Notes: generated by a model not told the origin, from the letters alone. A stretch of DNA of 64,000 nucleotides from Bacteroidota bacterium (GCA_013390605.1 JACAUB010000001.1:1148233-1212232); one strand, 5' to 3'. Positions 1 to 10,832 are shown, counted from the stretch's first letter. Numbers and translations are program-made.

Positions 1-1699
1 TAAGATCGAGTTCAAGGTTTACCTTGTCGAAAGCTTCTTTTCCTTCTAATGGTGCTTTTACGCCAAAGTAGAATTTAATTTTAGGTTCCGTTCCAGAAGG
101 TCGAACCGTAATTTTGCTTCCATCTTCAAGGAAAAACTGTATTACATCAGATTTTGGTTGATTGATCTTTTGGAATGTATCCTCTTTTAAGTTATGGATC
201 TTTTGGATGAGATAATCTCTGATTTCAACTACGGCCTGACCAGCAATTTCTTTTGGAGGATTTGTTCTGTAACCAACCATCATGGCATGGATCTCTTCTG
301 CTCCGGCTTTGCCCTTCATTGTAACTGATTTGAGTTTCTCCTTGTATAGACCAAACTCAGTATACATTTCAACCAGAAGTTCAAAGAACGAGTTACCCTT
401 GTCTGCAGCCCATGCAGCAGCTTCAGCTATCATACAACAAGCAATAACAGCATCTTTGTCGCGAACAAAATCACCTACCAGATAACCATAACTCTCTTCA
501 CCACCTCCGATAAATGTTTTAGTGCTCTCATGGCTATGGATTGTTTCGGCAATATATTTAAAGCCAGTCAATACATCATAACAGCCAACCCCATTTTTCA
601 AGGCTATATCTTTTAATAGCTCTGATGTCACAATGGTTTTAACAATATACTCTTTCCCTTTCAGTTTTCCGTTTTCTTTCCATTTGGTGATGAGGTAATA
701 GATTAGAACAGAAGCTGTTTGATTTCCATTGAGCAGGATGAAATTTCCATGTGGATCTTTCACAGCAACACCTACGCGGTCTGCATCAGGATCTGTAGCC
801 AGTACTAAATCAGCATCTATTTCCTTAGCCTGTTGAAGAGCCAGACTCATAGCATTGGGTTCTTCAGGATTTGGAGAAATTACAGTAGGAAAGTTTCCAT
901 CGGGTACTGCTTGTGCTTCAACAATAGAAACATTCTCAAATCCAAATTCTTTCAAACAACGTGGAACAAGTGTAATACCCGTGCCATGAATAGGGGTATA
1001 GACAATCTTCATTTTCTTTTGACGTTGAATGGCATCAGGACTAAGCGTTAATGCCTTAACGCGATCAATATAAGCTGTGTCGACACTTTCGCTAACTAAG
1101 TTAATCAACGCTCTGTCGCCTTTCCACTTGACATCGTTAACTGTTGCTATTTGTTGAACCTCTGTAATAACATTGGTATCGTGCGGCGAAACTAATTGAC
1201 CACCATCTTTCCAATAGACCTTATATCCATTATATTCTTTTGGATTGTGGGACGCTGTAATAACAATACCGCTATGGCAATGTAATTCGCGTACTGCGAA
1301 TGACAGAACAGGTGTTGGACGAAGATCCTCAAAAAGAAAAACTCTGATATGATTTGCTGAAAGAACATCAGCAGCAGTTTTAGCAAAGAATTTACTATTA
1401 TTACGCGAATCATAAGCGATTGCTATGCGGAGTTCTTTTTCCCTGGGATAACTTTTATGTAAATAATTTGCTAATCCTTGTGTTGCCATACCTACCGTAT
1501 ATTTGTTCATACGGTTGGTACCTGCCCCCATTATCCCTCTTAATCCTCCTGTACCAAACTCCAGGTCGCGATAAAATGCATCGGTAAGTTCGGTTGCATC
1601 ATTATCAATAAGGTCTTGTACCTGTTTCTTAGTTTCGTCATCAAAATTTCCTTCCAGCCATTTCTTAGCTCGGTTTAGAATTTGTTCATCGATTTCCAT
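1..1699 (-). CDS. alpha-D-phosphohexomutase (phosphoglucomutase/phosphomannomutase family); 3' end runs off the window
   Basis: Absent from the ORF track because it is open at the window edge. My reverse-strand translation from the ATG at 1699 reads MEIDEQILNRAKKWLEGNFDDETKKQV. It contains the phosphoserine loop TASHNPKEYNGYK, then TGFKYIAE and GGGEESYGY, and RPSGTEPKIKFYF close to position 1. Confidence 0.9.
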   Translation of the reverse strand, partial: MEIDEQILNRAKKWLEGNFDDETKKQVQDLIDNDATELTDAFYRDLEFGTGGLRGIMGAGTNRMNKYTVGMATQGLANYLHKSYPREKELRIAIAYDSRNNSKFFAKTAADVLSANHIRVFLFEDLRPTPVLSFAVRELHCHSGIVITASHNPKEYNGYKVYWKDGGQLVSPHDTNVITEVQQIATVNDVKWKGDRALINLVSESVDTAYIDRVKALTLSPDAIQRQKKMKIVYTPIHGTGITLVPRCLKEFGFENVSIVEAQAVPDGNFPTVISPNPEEPNAMSLALQQAKEIDADLVLATDPDADRVGVAVKDPHGNFILLNGNQTASVLIYYLITKWKENGKLKGKEYIVKTIVTSELLKDIALKNGVGCYDVLTGFKYIAETIHSHESTKTFIGGGEESYGYLVGDFVRDKDAVIACCMIAEAAAWAADKGNSFFELLVEMYTEFGLYKEKLKSVTMKGKAGAEEIHAMMVGYRTNPPKEIAGQAVVEIRDYLIQKIHNLKEDTFQKINQPKSDVIQFFLEDGSKITVRPSGTEPKIKFYFGVKAPLEGKEAFDKVNLELDL

Positions 1700-1711
1700 C
1701 TTCACTGAATT

Positions 1712-2581
1712 TTAAAGAGACATTGTTTCAATTTCCAATAAGCATTTCGATAAACTCTCTTTCCAATAAGGAATTAAGAGTTTGAAATCTTGTTTTATTT
1801 TGGATTTATTTAATACACTATAATATGGACGAGTGGTAGGTGAGGGGTAATCTTTTGTTTCGATAGGTTCTACCTTGCAGGGGATGCCTGATTTTTCAAG
1901 TATTTCTATTGCAAAATCATACCAACTGCAAACACCTTCATTTGAGTAATGATAAATTCCACAACTTTCTGGTTTCGTTTGAGGAATGATATCAAGAATC
2001 GCTTTAGCCAAATCTCCTGCCCAGGTCGGGGTTCCAATCTGATCAAATATGACCTTAAGAAACCCTCTTTCAGCACCATATTTACGCATGGTTTTAATAA
2101 AGTTATTTCCAAAAGCAGAATACAACCAGGAGGTTCTGATGATAACAGCTTTGCAGTTACTATTGATAACAGCTTCTTCGCCTTTTAGTTTTGTTAATCC
2201 ATAGGCAGATTGAGGTGCGCATGGCTCATCTTCTTTATACGGTTGGAATCCTTGACCTGAAAAAACATAATCAGTTGAGATATGAACCAGTAATGCATTA
2301 AATTTCTTGGCTGCCTCAGCTAAAAACTGTGGTGCCTTAGCGTTAATGCGCATTGCCATTTCAACATCACTCTCCGCTTTATCAACAGCAGTATATGCAG
2401 CACAATTGATAATAGTCTGAACCTGATGAGATGACACCATATCATCGATAGCCAAAGGGTTTGTGATATCTAATTCTGCTATGTCAGTAAAAATAAATTG
2501 AAAATCAGTATAATCCTTTGCTAATTTCCGAAGTTCGTTACCCAGTTGTCCATTACTACCTGTTACTAGAATGGTATTCAT
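1712..2581 (-). CDS. rfbD: dTDP-4-dehydrorhamnose reductase
   Basis: 289 aa with an N-terminal Rossmann motif VTGSNGQLG and ISTDYVF. Length and layout are typical of RmlD, and it sits in a nucleotide-sugar gene block. Confidence 0.85.
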   Translation of the reverse strand: MNTILVTGSNGQLGNELRKLAKDYTDFQFIFTDIAELDITNPLAIDDMVSSHQVQTIINCAAYTAVDKAESDVEMAMRINAKAPQFLAEAAKKFNALLVHISTDYVFSGQGFQPYKEDEPCAPQSAYGLTKLKGEEAVINSNCKAVIIRTSWLYSAFGNNFIKTMRKYGAERGFLKVIFDQIGTPTWAGDLAKAILDIIPQTKPESCGIYHYSNEGVCSWYDFAIEILEKSGIPCKVEPIETKDYPSPTTRPYYSVLNKSKIKQDFKLLIPYWKESLSKCLLEIETMSL

Positions 2582-2587
2582 ATTGTT

Positions 2588-3523
2588 TTATATAACTGAT
2601 TTGAAAAATTCAATCGTCTTAATTAATCCCTCTTCTAAATGGATTTTAGGTTCCCAACCCAATTCTTTTTGAGCCAATGTAATATCTGGCTTACGTTGCA
2701 TTGGATCATCAGAAGGAAGAGGTTGATAAATAATCTTTGAAGACGAGTTTGTGAGTTGTATAACTTTTTCAGCAAGCTCGCGAATTGTGAATTCGCCGGG
2801 ATTTCCAATGTTTACTGGTCCAGTAAAACTATCACGACTGTTCATCATTCGTATCATTCCATCGATTAAATCGTCAACATAACAGAAGCTCCGTGTTTGA
2901 TTTCCATCACCATATATGGAAATATTCTCTCCTTTAAGCGCCTGGACAATAAAGTTCGAGACAACACGTCCATCATTTGGATGCATTCTTGGACCGTATG
3001 TATTAAAGATACGGATGATTTTAATTCTGACATTGTTTTGCTTGTGGTAATTTACGAAAAGTGTTTCTGCAGCTCTTTTGCCCTCATCGTAACATGCACG
3101 TTCGCCAATAGGATTTACATTTCCCCAATAGGATTCTGTTTGCGGATGTATCTTTGGATCTCCATATACTTCACTTGTAGAAGCTTGTAATACTTTTGCC
3201 TTGATACGTTTTGCTAACCCCAACATATTGATAGCTCCCATGACAGAAGTTTTCATTGTTTTGATAGGGTTATATTGATAATGAATTGGCGATGCAGGAC
3301 AGGCTAAATTAAAGATTTCGTCTACTTCAATGAAAAAAGGAGTGGTTACATCATGACGGATAATCTCAAAGTATGGATTTTTTAGAAGATGCACCACATT
3401 TTGTTTTTGTCCTGTAAAATAGTTGTCCAGACATACAACATCATGACCTTCATTTAATAGCCGTTCGCATAAATGCGAGCCCAGAAAGCCTGCCCCACCG
3501 GTAACCAATATTTTTTTCTTCAT
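2588..3523 (-). CDS. UDP-glucuronate decarboxylase (UDP-xylose synthase-type extended SDR)
   Basis: 311 aa with [12 protein letters not shown] and the catalytic YDEGKR (Y-x3-K). It lies next to ugd, which makes its substrate. Confidence 0.85.
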   Translation of the reverse strand: MKKKILVTGGAGFLGSHLCERLLNEGHDVVCLDNYFTGQKQNVVHLLKNPYFEIIRHDVTTPFFIEVDEIFNLACPASPIHYQYNPIKTMKTSVMGAINMLGLAKRIKAKVLQASTSEVYGDPKIHPQTESYWGNVNPIGERACYDEGKRAAETLFVNYHKQNNVRIKIIRIFNTYGPRMHPNDGRVVSNFIVQALKGENISIYGDGNQTRSFCYVDDLIDGMIRMMNSRDSFTGPVNIGNPGEFTIRELAEKVIQLTNSSSKIIYQPLPSDDPMQRKPDITLAQKELGWEPKIHLEEGLIKTIEFFKSVI

Positions 3524-3606
3524 CTTATTATCTGTAAATGTTATACAAAAATAATAAGCCTGACTGAAAAAGCAATCAGTCAGGCTTTATTTAACATAAT
3601 AATGAT

Positions 3607-4932
3607 TTATTTTCGTTGTTTTATCCCGATCCCGATATACTCAATGCCGAAGTGTTCTAAATCTGTATGGTCGAAAATGTTACGTCCATCAAAAATAACT
3701 GGTGATTTGAGTAGTTTCTTAACAACCCCCCAACTGGGGAAACGAAATTCGGTCCATTCAGTTACAACAAAGAGACAATCTGCTTCATCCAAGGTATCAT
3801 AGGTGTCTTTACCATAATAGATCGTATCTCCAATTCGTCTTTTCGTTTCGTGCATAGCTACAGGGTCGTAAGCTCTTACATGACATCCAGCTTCTAGAAG
3901 TTTTTTTATCAGTACTAGTGCTGGTGCTTCGCGCATGTCATCCGTTTGGGGTTTAAATGAAAGTCCCCACATAGCCACGGTTTTACCTTTAATGTCACCA
4001 TTAAAGTATTCTGAAAATTTGTTGAACAATACTGATTTTTGATTATCGTTTACTTCCTCAACAGCTTTTAACACCCGCATAGGATATCCCACACTTTCTG
4101 CTGTCTTGATAAGAGCTTTTACGTCTTTTGGAAAACAAGAACCGCCATAACCAATACCAGGATAAATAAACTTATGACCTATACGGCTATCTGATCCAAT
4201 TCCTTTGCGAACCATGTTTACATCGGCTCCAATAATCTCGCAAAGATTGGCGATATCATTCATGAAGCTGATTTTGGTGGCAAGCATTGAGTTTGCAGCA
4301 TATTTAGTCATCTCAGCCGAAGGCACATCCATGAAAATAACAGGATGTCCATTGAGTGTAAAAGGTTTGTATAGTTTGCTGATGATGGCTTCAGCTTTTT
4401 CTGATTCAACACCCACAACTATCCGATCTGGTTTCATAAAGTCGCTGATTGCATCACCCTCTTTCAAAAATTCAGGATTTGAGGCTACATCAAACTCTAT
4501 GGCCACACCTCGTTTATCAAGTTCGTCCTGAATCGCTTCTCTTACTTTTTTTGCAGTTCCAACAGGGACAGTACTTTTTGTGACAATCAGTATATATTTG
4601 TTCATGGTTTTGCCTACCGTACGGGCTACATCCAAAACATATTTCAGATCAGCACTACCATCCTCATCGGGAGGGGTTCCTACGGCACTGAATATTACCT
4701 CTGTGTCATCCATGCATGATGAGAGGTCTGTTGTAAAGGAAAGGCGACCTTTAGATACATTGCGTTCGATTATCGCATCGAGCCCTGGTTCGTAAATTGG
4801 AGAAATCCCCTTATTGAGATTCTCAATTTTCTGTTGATCAATATCTACGCAGGTTACATCTATGCCCACTTCTGCAAAGCAAGTGCCGGTAACTAAACCA
4901 ACATATCCTGTACCAACAATCGTGATTTTCAT
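3607..4932 (-). CDS. ugd: UDP-glucose 6-dehydrogenase
   Basis: 441 aa with the N-terminal NAD motif VGTGYVGL and the catalytic-Cys motif GYGGSCFPKD. Confidence 0.9.
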   Translation of the reverse strand: MKITIVGTGYVGLVTGTCFAEVGIDVTCVDIDQQKIENLNKGISPIYEPGLDAIIERNVSKGRLSFTTDLSSCMDDTEVIFSAVGTPPDEDGSADLKYVLDVARTVGKTMNKYILIVTKSTVPVGTAKKVREAIQDELDKRGVAIEFDVASNPEFLKEGDAISDFMKPDRIVVGVESEKAEAIISKLYKPFTLNGHPVIFMDVPSAEMTKYAANSMLATKISFMNDIANLCEIIGADVNMVRKGIGSDSRIGHKFIYPGIGYGGSCFPKDVKALIKTAESVGYPMRVLKAVEEVNDNQKSVLFNKFSEYFNGDIKGKTVAMWGLSFKPQTDDMREAPALVLIKKLLEAGCHVRAYDPVAMHETKRRIGDTIYYGKDTYDTLDEADCLFVVTEWTEFRFPSWGVVKKLLKSPVIFDGRNIFDHTDLEHFGIEYIGIGIKQRK

Positions 4933-5334
4933 AATATTGCGGTTTTTGACAGTATTCTGATTCTAATTATCGCAAATATAATGATTTAAAAAATGGATAA
5001 CTCTGTTTTTTTGATATTTTTTGTTAACAAATTAATGTAGATTGATAAATCAAGCTGAGGGTAGTTAGCGTAAAAATGTTAATAACTACAATGCTATTAA
5101 AGCGATTTAATATTTTGAAAATTAAAATCGTTGATTTTTAAGAAAATATAACCTCTACCTAAAATTGAGCAAGTATTTAATGAGAAATGCAAATGTTTAA
5201 ATTTATTTTCTTAACTAAATTAACTTAAAAGTTATATTTCATTGTAACCGTAAAAAAACAACATTTATCTTGAATTGGAATTTAAAATTGTTATAGCTTT
5301 GTTAGTCTTAAATTATAACCCAACACCTAATATC

Positions 5335-6057
5335 ATGAAAAAATTATTGCCGCTTTTATTAGTTTTTTGTTTTTCGGCTCTTTTTGCTCAAAAACAGAAA
5401 GAATTATCATCGAATACCCTATCTCCAAAAGAAAAACAGCAAGGATGGGTGTTATTATTTGATGGAACAACCCTAAATGGTTGGAAAGGATTTAATCTTA
5501 CAGATGTCCCTAAAAATTGGTCAGTTGAACAAAATGAATTAACCTGCTATGGTAGAGGAGGGGACATGGGCGGAGATATTCTGACAGCACAGAAGTACGA
5601 CAACTTTGAATTGTTAGTCGACTGGAAGATTTCTGCACAAGGTAACAGTGGAATTTTCTATCATGTGGTTGAAGGATCACAATATCATAGTCCTTACGAA
5701 ACAGGCCCTGAGTATCAGTTGATAGACGATTTGGGATGGCCTGACAAACTAGCTGAATGGCAAAAAACAGGTGCTGATTATGCAATGCATCTGGCAGATA
5801 CTACAAAGAAAATACTTCATCCGGTAGGTCAATGGAACAGTACAAAGATTGTTGTTAATCGTGGGCATGTTCAACATTGGTTAAACGGCAAGAAAATTGT
5901 AGACTTTCAAGCTTGGACTCCTGATTGGTATGCAAAAGTTAAAGCTTGTAAATTTAACGAACTGCCTGATTACGGAAAAGCAAAAACAGGTTATATTGGA
6001 CTTCAAAATCATGGAAGTAAAATCTGTTTTAAAAATATCAAGTTAAAAAAGTTGTAG
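5335..6057 (+). CDS. secreted DUF1080 (3-keto-disaccharide hydrolase-like) protein
   Basis: The track ORF starts at 5275. The ATG at 5335 gives a clean signal peptide (MKKLLPLLLVFCFSALFAQ). GWVLLFDGTTLNGWKGF and the C-terminal GYIGLQNHGSKICFKNIKL are the DUF1080 hallmarks. Confidence 0.8.
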   Translation: MKKLLPLLLVFCFSALFAQKQKELSSNTLSPKEKQQGWVLLFDGTTLNGWKGFNLTDVPKNWSVEQNELTCYGRGGDMGGDILTAQKYDNFELLVDWKISAQGNSGIFYHVVEGSQYHSPYETGPEYQLIDDLGWPDKLAEWQKTGADYAMHLADTTKKILHPVGQWNSTKIVVNRGHVQHWLNGKKIVDFQAWTPDWYAKVKACKFNELPDYGKAKTGYIGLQNHGSKICFKNIKLKKL

Positions 6058-6325
6058 GTTAAAGTATTGAAATACAAACTTTAAAATTTGTTTAAGCTTG
6101 AGTAGAAAATAACAGAGTTATCGATTTTTGATAATTAAGGATGTTTTCTTGACTTTTTTGATATTTCATGTCCATACAAGAACTTTTTTACTAGCTTTAG
6201 CAGTTCAATGCAATCATTTTATTAATATGTAAATGGTTGAATAGCAAAAGTTTGTGTTTTGAATTTTATTATATAATACTAAAAAAATCACATTTATTAA
6301 CATATAAATTTATCACTACACTACC

Positions 6326-6808
6326 ATGCAGTTAAAACAATCTTCACAGACACTCCTTATCATCCTAAGGATTGCAATTGGTTGGCACTTTTTACACGAA
6401 GGAGTTACCAAAGTATTGAAACCAGGTTGGTCATGTGTTCTCTATTTATTAGATTCTCAAGGACCCGTTTCTGGTATCTTTCATGCAATGGCTAAAAACC
6501 CGGCTATTGTTTCAGGTTCAGATTGGCTGAACATGCTCGGACTTACACTTGTAGGTCTTTGTTTAGTTATTGGTCTTTTTGAGCGTCCGGCATTAATAGG
6601 CGGTGTCATCTTATTGGCATTTTATTATCTCTCTCACCCCCCATTTATTGGTATGTCGTTTGCAATGCCTACTGAAGGAAACTATCTTTTTGTAGATAAG
6701 AACCTGATCGAACTCATTGCAATGCTTCTATTATATACGCTTCCAACGAGTCAATACTTTGGTTTAAAGAGGCTTCTTCCAGAGTCCCTTTGGAAATTTG
6801 GTATTTAA
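6326..6808 (+). CDS. DoxX family membrane protein
   Basis: 160 aa with four hydrophobic segments. The start LLIILRIAIGWHFLHEGVTK is typical of DoxX. Confidence 0.7.
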   Translation: MQLKQSSQTLLIILRIAIGWHFLHEGVTKVLKPGWSCVLYLLDSQGPVSGIFHAMAKNPAIVSGSDWLNMLGLTLVGLCLVIGLFERPALIGGVILLAFYYLSHPPFIGMSFAMPTEGNYLFVDKNLIELIAMLLLYTLPTSQYFGLKRLLPESLWKFGI

Positions 6809-6853
6809 TTGTTCAATTTTGAAATTATTAATTCATCTATTAAACAGAATAAA

Positions 6854-8410
6854 ATGAATCGAAGGGATCTTGTTAAAGGATTAGCAACATTACCCATATT
6901 GGGCTCATATATATTGGCAGTTAGCTTAAAGCAGAAGAATGAAAATGAAAAAGTTGTCTTTAATTTTCTAAAAGAATTTGAAAAAGAGCATCCTGTTATA
7001 AATGTCAAATCAACTCCTGTTCCGGTTGCTAAGGCAGGAAATAATAAAACATTACGTTTAGGATTTATCGGTTATGGTGGACGTGGATCAGACCTTGGCC
7101 GCGCTGCTGGATTTGCACATCCTGATATGATTTCAGAACTGAAGGCTGCTGCTGAAAAAGATTCAAATGACAAACGCTATGAAACTTTTATTGGGCAAGA
7201 AGATTTGAATATCGTATTTACAGGTATTTGTGACCTCTATACTCCTCGTGCTGAAAAAGGAATGATCGCTTTATCTAATAGAGAAAAGAAAGCCAAAGAC
7301 GAGTTCAAAGGACAACCCATAAAACGGTTTAATAACTTTAGAGAACTGATTCATAGTCCTGAAGTTGATGCCGTAATTATTGCTACGCCTGACTTCTGGC
7401 ATGCCGAGATGATTATTGAAGCAGCTAATGCCGGTAAACATGTTTATTGCGAGAAATGTATGACAAACGAACTGGATGAAGCTTATTTAGTTCGTGATGC
7501 AGTAAAGAAGAATGGTGTTGTTTTTCAGTTAGGACATCAGAACAGACAGTCTGCCAGTTATATTAAAGCCGCTGAGCTTTTAGAACAAGATAAAAATCTT
7601 TTGGGTAGAATTTCATTGGTCGAAACCAGTACAAATCGAAGTTCCCCTGGTGGTGCATGGGAATATGATATTCCTGAGGAAGCTAACGAAAGTAATGTTG
7701 ATTGGAAACAGTTTATTAAACCAGGAATGAAAAACCCATTTAATAAAGCTCATTTCTTCAGATGGCGTTGTTGGTGGGATTATGGTAGTGGTTTAACAGG
7801 CGATTTACTGTCTCATGAGTATGATTGCATCAATCAGGTTCTAAAGCTGGGTATTCCTGAAAGAGTATCTTCATCAGGAGGAATCTATTATTGGAAAGAC
7901 GGTAGAACTGTTCCAGATATATTTAATTCGGTAATGGAGTATCCTGATAGAGATTTATCACTGATCTATTCAGCTACATTAGGAAACTCTCGTGAAAGAA
8001 AACGTTTGATTATGGGCGGTGATGCTACTATGGAACTGGGTGGAAACATTCAGTTGTATGTTGATGGTAGTTCAAAAAAATACGAAAAATATCTCAAATC
8101 AGGACAGATTAATTCCGAGGTTCCTTTCCTCGATTGGCAACCAGCCGGTACAACTATTGATGCAATGACTTCGGCTACCCACAAATATTTCGCTTCACGT
8201 GGATTGATGTATACCATGTTAAATGGTAAGTTGACCGATGCTACGTTCTTGCATATTAAAGAGTGGCTAGAGTGCATTCGAACCAACCAGATGCCAAGTT
8301 GTAATATAGACCAAGGTTTCCAGGAAGCTATTACTTGTCATATGGGTACGAAAGCTTTCAAGGAAAAGCGAATGGTGATCTGGGATAAAGAAAAGGAAAA
8401 AGTGATCTAA
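6854..8410 (+). CDS. Tat-exported Gfo/Idh/MocA family oxidoreductase
   Basis: The track ORF starts at 6809. The ATG at 6854 gives MNRRDLVKGLATLPILGS, a twin-arginine signal. Rossmann segment LRLGFIGYGGRG; AVIIATPDFWHAEM and EKCM are typical of the family. Confidence 0.85.
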   Translation: MNRRDLVKGLATLPILGSYILAVSLKQKNENEKVVFNFLKEFEKEHPVINVKSTPVPVAKAGNNKTLRLGFIGYGGRGSDLGRAAGFAHPDMISELKAAAEKDSNDKRYETFIGQEDLNIVFTGICDLYTPRAEKGMIALSNREKKAKDEFKGQPIKRFNNFRELIHSPEVDAVIIATPDFWHAEMIIEAANAGKHVYCEKCMTNELDEAYLVRDAVKKNGVVFQLGHQNRQSASYIKAAELLEQDKNLLGRISLVETSTNRSSPGGAWEYDIPEEANESNVDWKQFIKPGMKNPFNKAHFFRWRCWWDYGSGLTGDLLSHEYDCINQVLKLGIPERVSSSGGIYYWKDGRTVPDIFNSVMEYPDRDLSLIYSATLGNSRERKRLIMGGDATMELGGNIQLYVDGSSKKYEKYLKSGQINSEVPFLDWQPAGTTIDAMTSATHKYFASRGLMYTMLNGKLTDATFLHIKEWLECIRTNQMPSCNIDQGFQEAITCHMGTKAFKEKRMVIWDKEKEKVI

Positions 8411-8446
8411 TAACATTACTTTAGAAATCCTTGATCTCTAAATAAT

Positions 8447-8498
8447 ACTCCTGTTTACAATACAGAATAATGTATTTGTAGACAGGAGTTTTTTCTTT
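8447..8498 (+). terminator. rho-independent terminator after the Gfo/Idh/MocA gene
   Basis: ACTCCTGTTTACAATACA pairs with TGTATTTGTAGACAGGAGT (about 18 bp with one bulge and one mismatch) and is followed by TTTTTTCTTT. Confidence 0.75.
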
Positions 8499-8740
8499 GG
8501 CATTAATAATGTCGATCACTTCGCTAATATATTTTGCGTTTATCCTATTTCTTTTTTAATGATACAAATTACATAAGAAGGTTACATTAAGTATTAAATA
8601 AACGATTTGGTAAATAATTCATTTAAGTCGATGTAGCATAATCGTTTATTTCTATTGGTTTCTGTGAAATGAAATGTAAATTTGCTATTTGGTTTTAAAA
8701 TAGCAAATCTATAATCACATCTCACTTTTTTAAAAAAAAC

Positions 8741-10579
8741 ATGAAGGGACTATTTCTCACCGTATTTTCTCTATGGCTAGGCTTTTCGGGTATTGCCCAA
8801 ACCTTGTCATCCCCTTCTATAAATTATGATTTTGATTTTTTACGATTAGAGAGGGGGGCCTCTTCTTGGAAATTAAATGGGCGCAATTATACTTTTTCCA
8901 TCGACCAGGCAGAGAAGCAAAAAGGAGTAAGAGCACTTAAGATATCAGGTTATGTTTCCGGTCTTTTAAATTCGGACGTGATCTCATTCGATTGTAAAAT
9001 ATCTCAACTCATCCCACTTCCTAAAACGGCTTTAAAAGGAGTTTTTACTATAGATACGAAAATGCAAAATGTTGATCTATCATGGATCAAAATATATGGC
9101 TTAGATTATAACGAACAAGTCATCAGAAAAGACTCTATCAATTTAATCTATTCTGAAATCTGGAAAAATCATCGAGCCATCTTTAATTTAAAGGGAATAC
9201 ATTCTATTTATATTGAAGTAGGCGTAAGTAGTTCAATCGCACATTTTAAAGAACATAGAGAAAATACTGATTTCAGCTTAAGTCGGCTTTCATTAATAAT
9301 AGATGGCAAGGATATTTATTCACTTGCAACTCCTGTCAAAAGTGTTTCAGATCAACAACTTGTAGATATCAAGCAAAATACGCAACTAGACAATCATGAC
9401 GCGCAAAGTTATGCTGCAATCAACGATTTGAAAACACATCGTTTCGTAGCTCTTGGTGAAACAGTTCCGGGAAGCGTTTCTAGTCAGGAGAGTGCTTATA
9501 ATTTGATGAAAGAGATGATCCAGCATCAGAATTGCCGTCTGGTACTTTTAGACTATCCCTTATCATCCACACTACAATGGAATCAATATGTTCATGGCGA
9601 TTTAAAGACAAAATATCAGGAGTTTTTATCTCCGCTAGTCTATGGTTCAAAAAGTCCTACACTGTTTGAATCCTTTCTGGAATGGGTAAAGCAGTATAAT
9701 CAACTCAGCGATCAAAAAGTGACGATTGCCGGATTTGATACTCAGGGGGTGATCTATTATAATTATCTTGCCGATTATTTAATAAGCTTGAATAAAAGCT
9801 CTCTATTTTTTGATTCGTTGTTATTGAAAGTTTGTAAACAACAATTTAAGGAAGCCTTTCGATTTGCCTCAAACCATGATAGTTTGAATAACTATTTAAA
9901 ACCAGCTGAGGCCAATCTGTTTTTAAGTGCTTTAAAAAATCTAACCCGTGCCTACTTAAATGAAGGAAAACCGGAAATTGATAAATCTTTTCTTCGGTTT
10001 AATAATATCAAAGAAATTATCACGTCGCAACTCAAGAAAGATGAAAAAGCTGTAATCTTTGCAGATTTTTCTTCAGTTAATAAATTAAATGTAAATCCCT
10101 CAGCAATCTTTTCACATTCTATTGGATATTGGCTTAATCGAGAATATGGTAATGAATTTTATTCCATAGCCATTTTACTGGGTAACGGTTTATATACGTA
10201 TGCAAACACTGTAGAAATTACGGCGATAAATGAACTTGATCAGCCTCTATCTGGTTCCTTAGAAGATTTATGTATGAAGAGTAATCAATCTGTTTTTTAT
10301 AAGAGCTTATCTTCTGATCTCTATAATCGGATAGGTTATATGTATTGGGTGGATCGGTCAATGACGATGTCACAATTTGAAAGGTGCAACTATAAAAAGA
10401 GGATGGATGCTATTATTTTTATTAGAAACAGTAAAGGTTTTGATATTCCACAAGATTGGCCAAAAAATGATAAAGGTTTTTATGATTTTAATGCTGCGTT
10501 GATGCAAAAAGATTTTGAACGTCATTATAATAAGAAGTTTTACCATCCTACGCGGAGATATAGAGTGTATTTTAAATAA
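8741..10579 (+). CDS. secreted hypothetical protein; C-terminal part resembles the erythromycin-esterase fold family but lacks its His motifs
   Basis: 612 aa with a signal peptide (MKGLFLTVFSLWLGFSGIAQ). FVALGETVPGSVSSQE sits where Ere-family proteins have GEATHGT. VIFADFSSVN sits where they have AHN-x-H. The assignment comes from memory of the family and is not verified. Confidence 0.4.
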   Translation: MKGLFLTVFSLWLGFSGIAQTLSSPSINYDFDFLRLERGASSWKLNGRNYTFSIDQAEKQKGVRALKISGYVSGLLNSDVISFDCKISQLIPLPKTALKGVFTIDTKMQNVDLSWIKIYGLDYNEQVIRKDSINLIYSEIWKNHRAIFNLKGIHSIYIEVGVSSSIAHFKEHRENTDFSLSRLSLIIDGKDIYSLATPVKSVSDQQLVDIKQNTQLDNHDAQSYAAINDLKTHRFVALGETVPGSVSSQESAYNLMKEMIQHQNCRLVLLDYPLSSTLQWNQYVHGDLKTKYQEFLSPLVYGSKSPTLFESFLEWVKQYNQLSDQKVTIAGFDTQGVIYYNYLADYLISLNKSSLFFDSLLLKVCKQQFKEAFRFASNHDSLNNYLKPAEANLFLSALKNLTRAYLNEGKPEIDKSFLRFNNIKEIITSQLKKDEKAVIFADFSSVNKLNVNPSAIFSHSIGYWLNREYGNEFYSIAILLGNGLYTYANTVEITAINELDQPLSGSLEDLCMKSNQSVFYKSLSSDLYNRIGYMYWVDRSMTMSQFERCNYKKRMDAIIFIRNSKGFDIPQDWPKNDKGFYDFNAALMQKDFERHYNKKFYHPTRRYRVYFK

Positions 10580-10832
10580 GATACTATTTAAAAAAAAATT
10601 GTACTTTCGATTTAAGCAAAAACTAAAAGATACTTGCTTAATTTACGAACCGGTTGTTTAAAATTCTATTGAGAATTTGATTCGAATCAGAAAAACAGGA
10701 TCGTTGAATCTCAGAAGGGGATAGTCTCACCCATTCGATAGACTAATTCATTTCTTTTCTATTATCAATTTATCCTGAATCTAAAAGACGCTTACGGTTT
10801 ACCCATGACTATGTTTTTCACCCTGCTTTTGT

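Noticed and set aside
5275-5334. Long N-terminal extensions offered by the ORF track (also 6809-6853, 19316-19354, 36690-36713, 41444-41467 and 42652-42753)
   Set aside because: Downstream in-frame ATGs give canonical signal peptides or family N-termini and remove overlaps with upstream genes.
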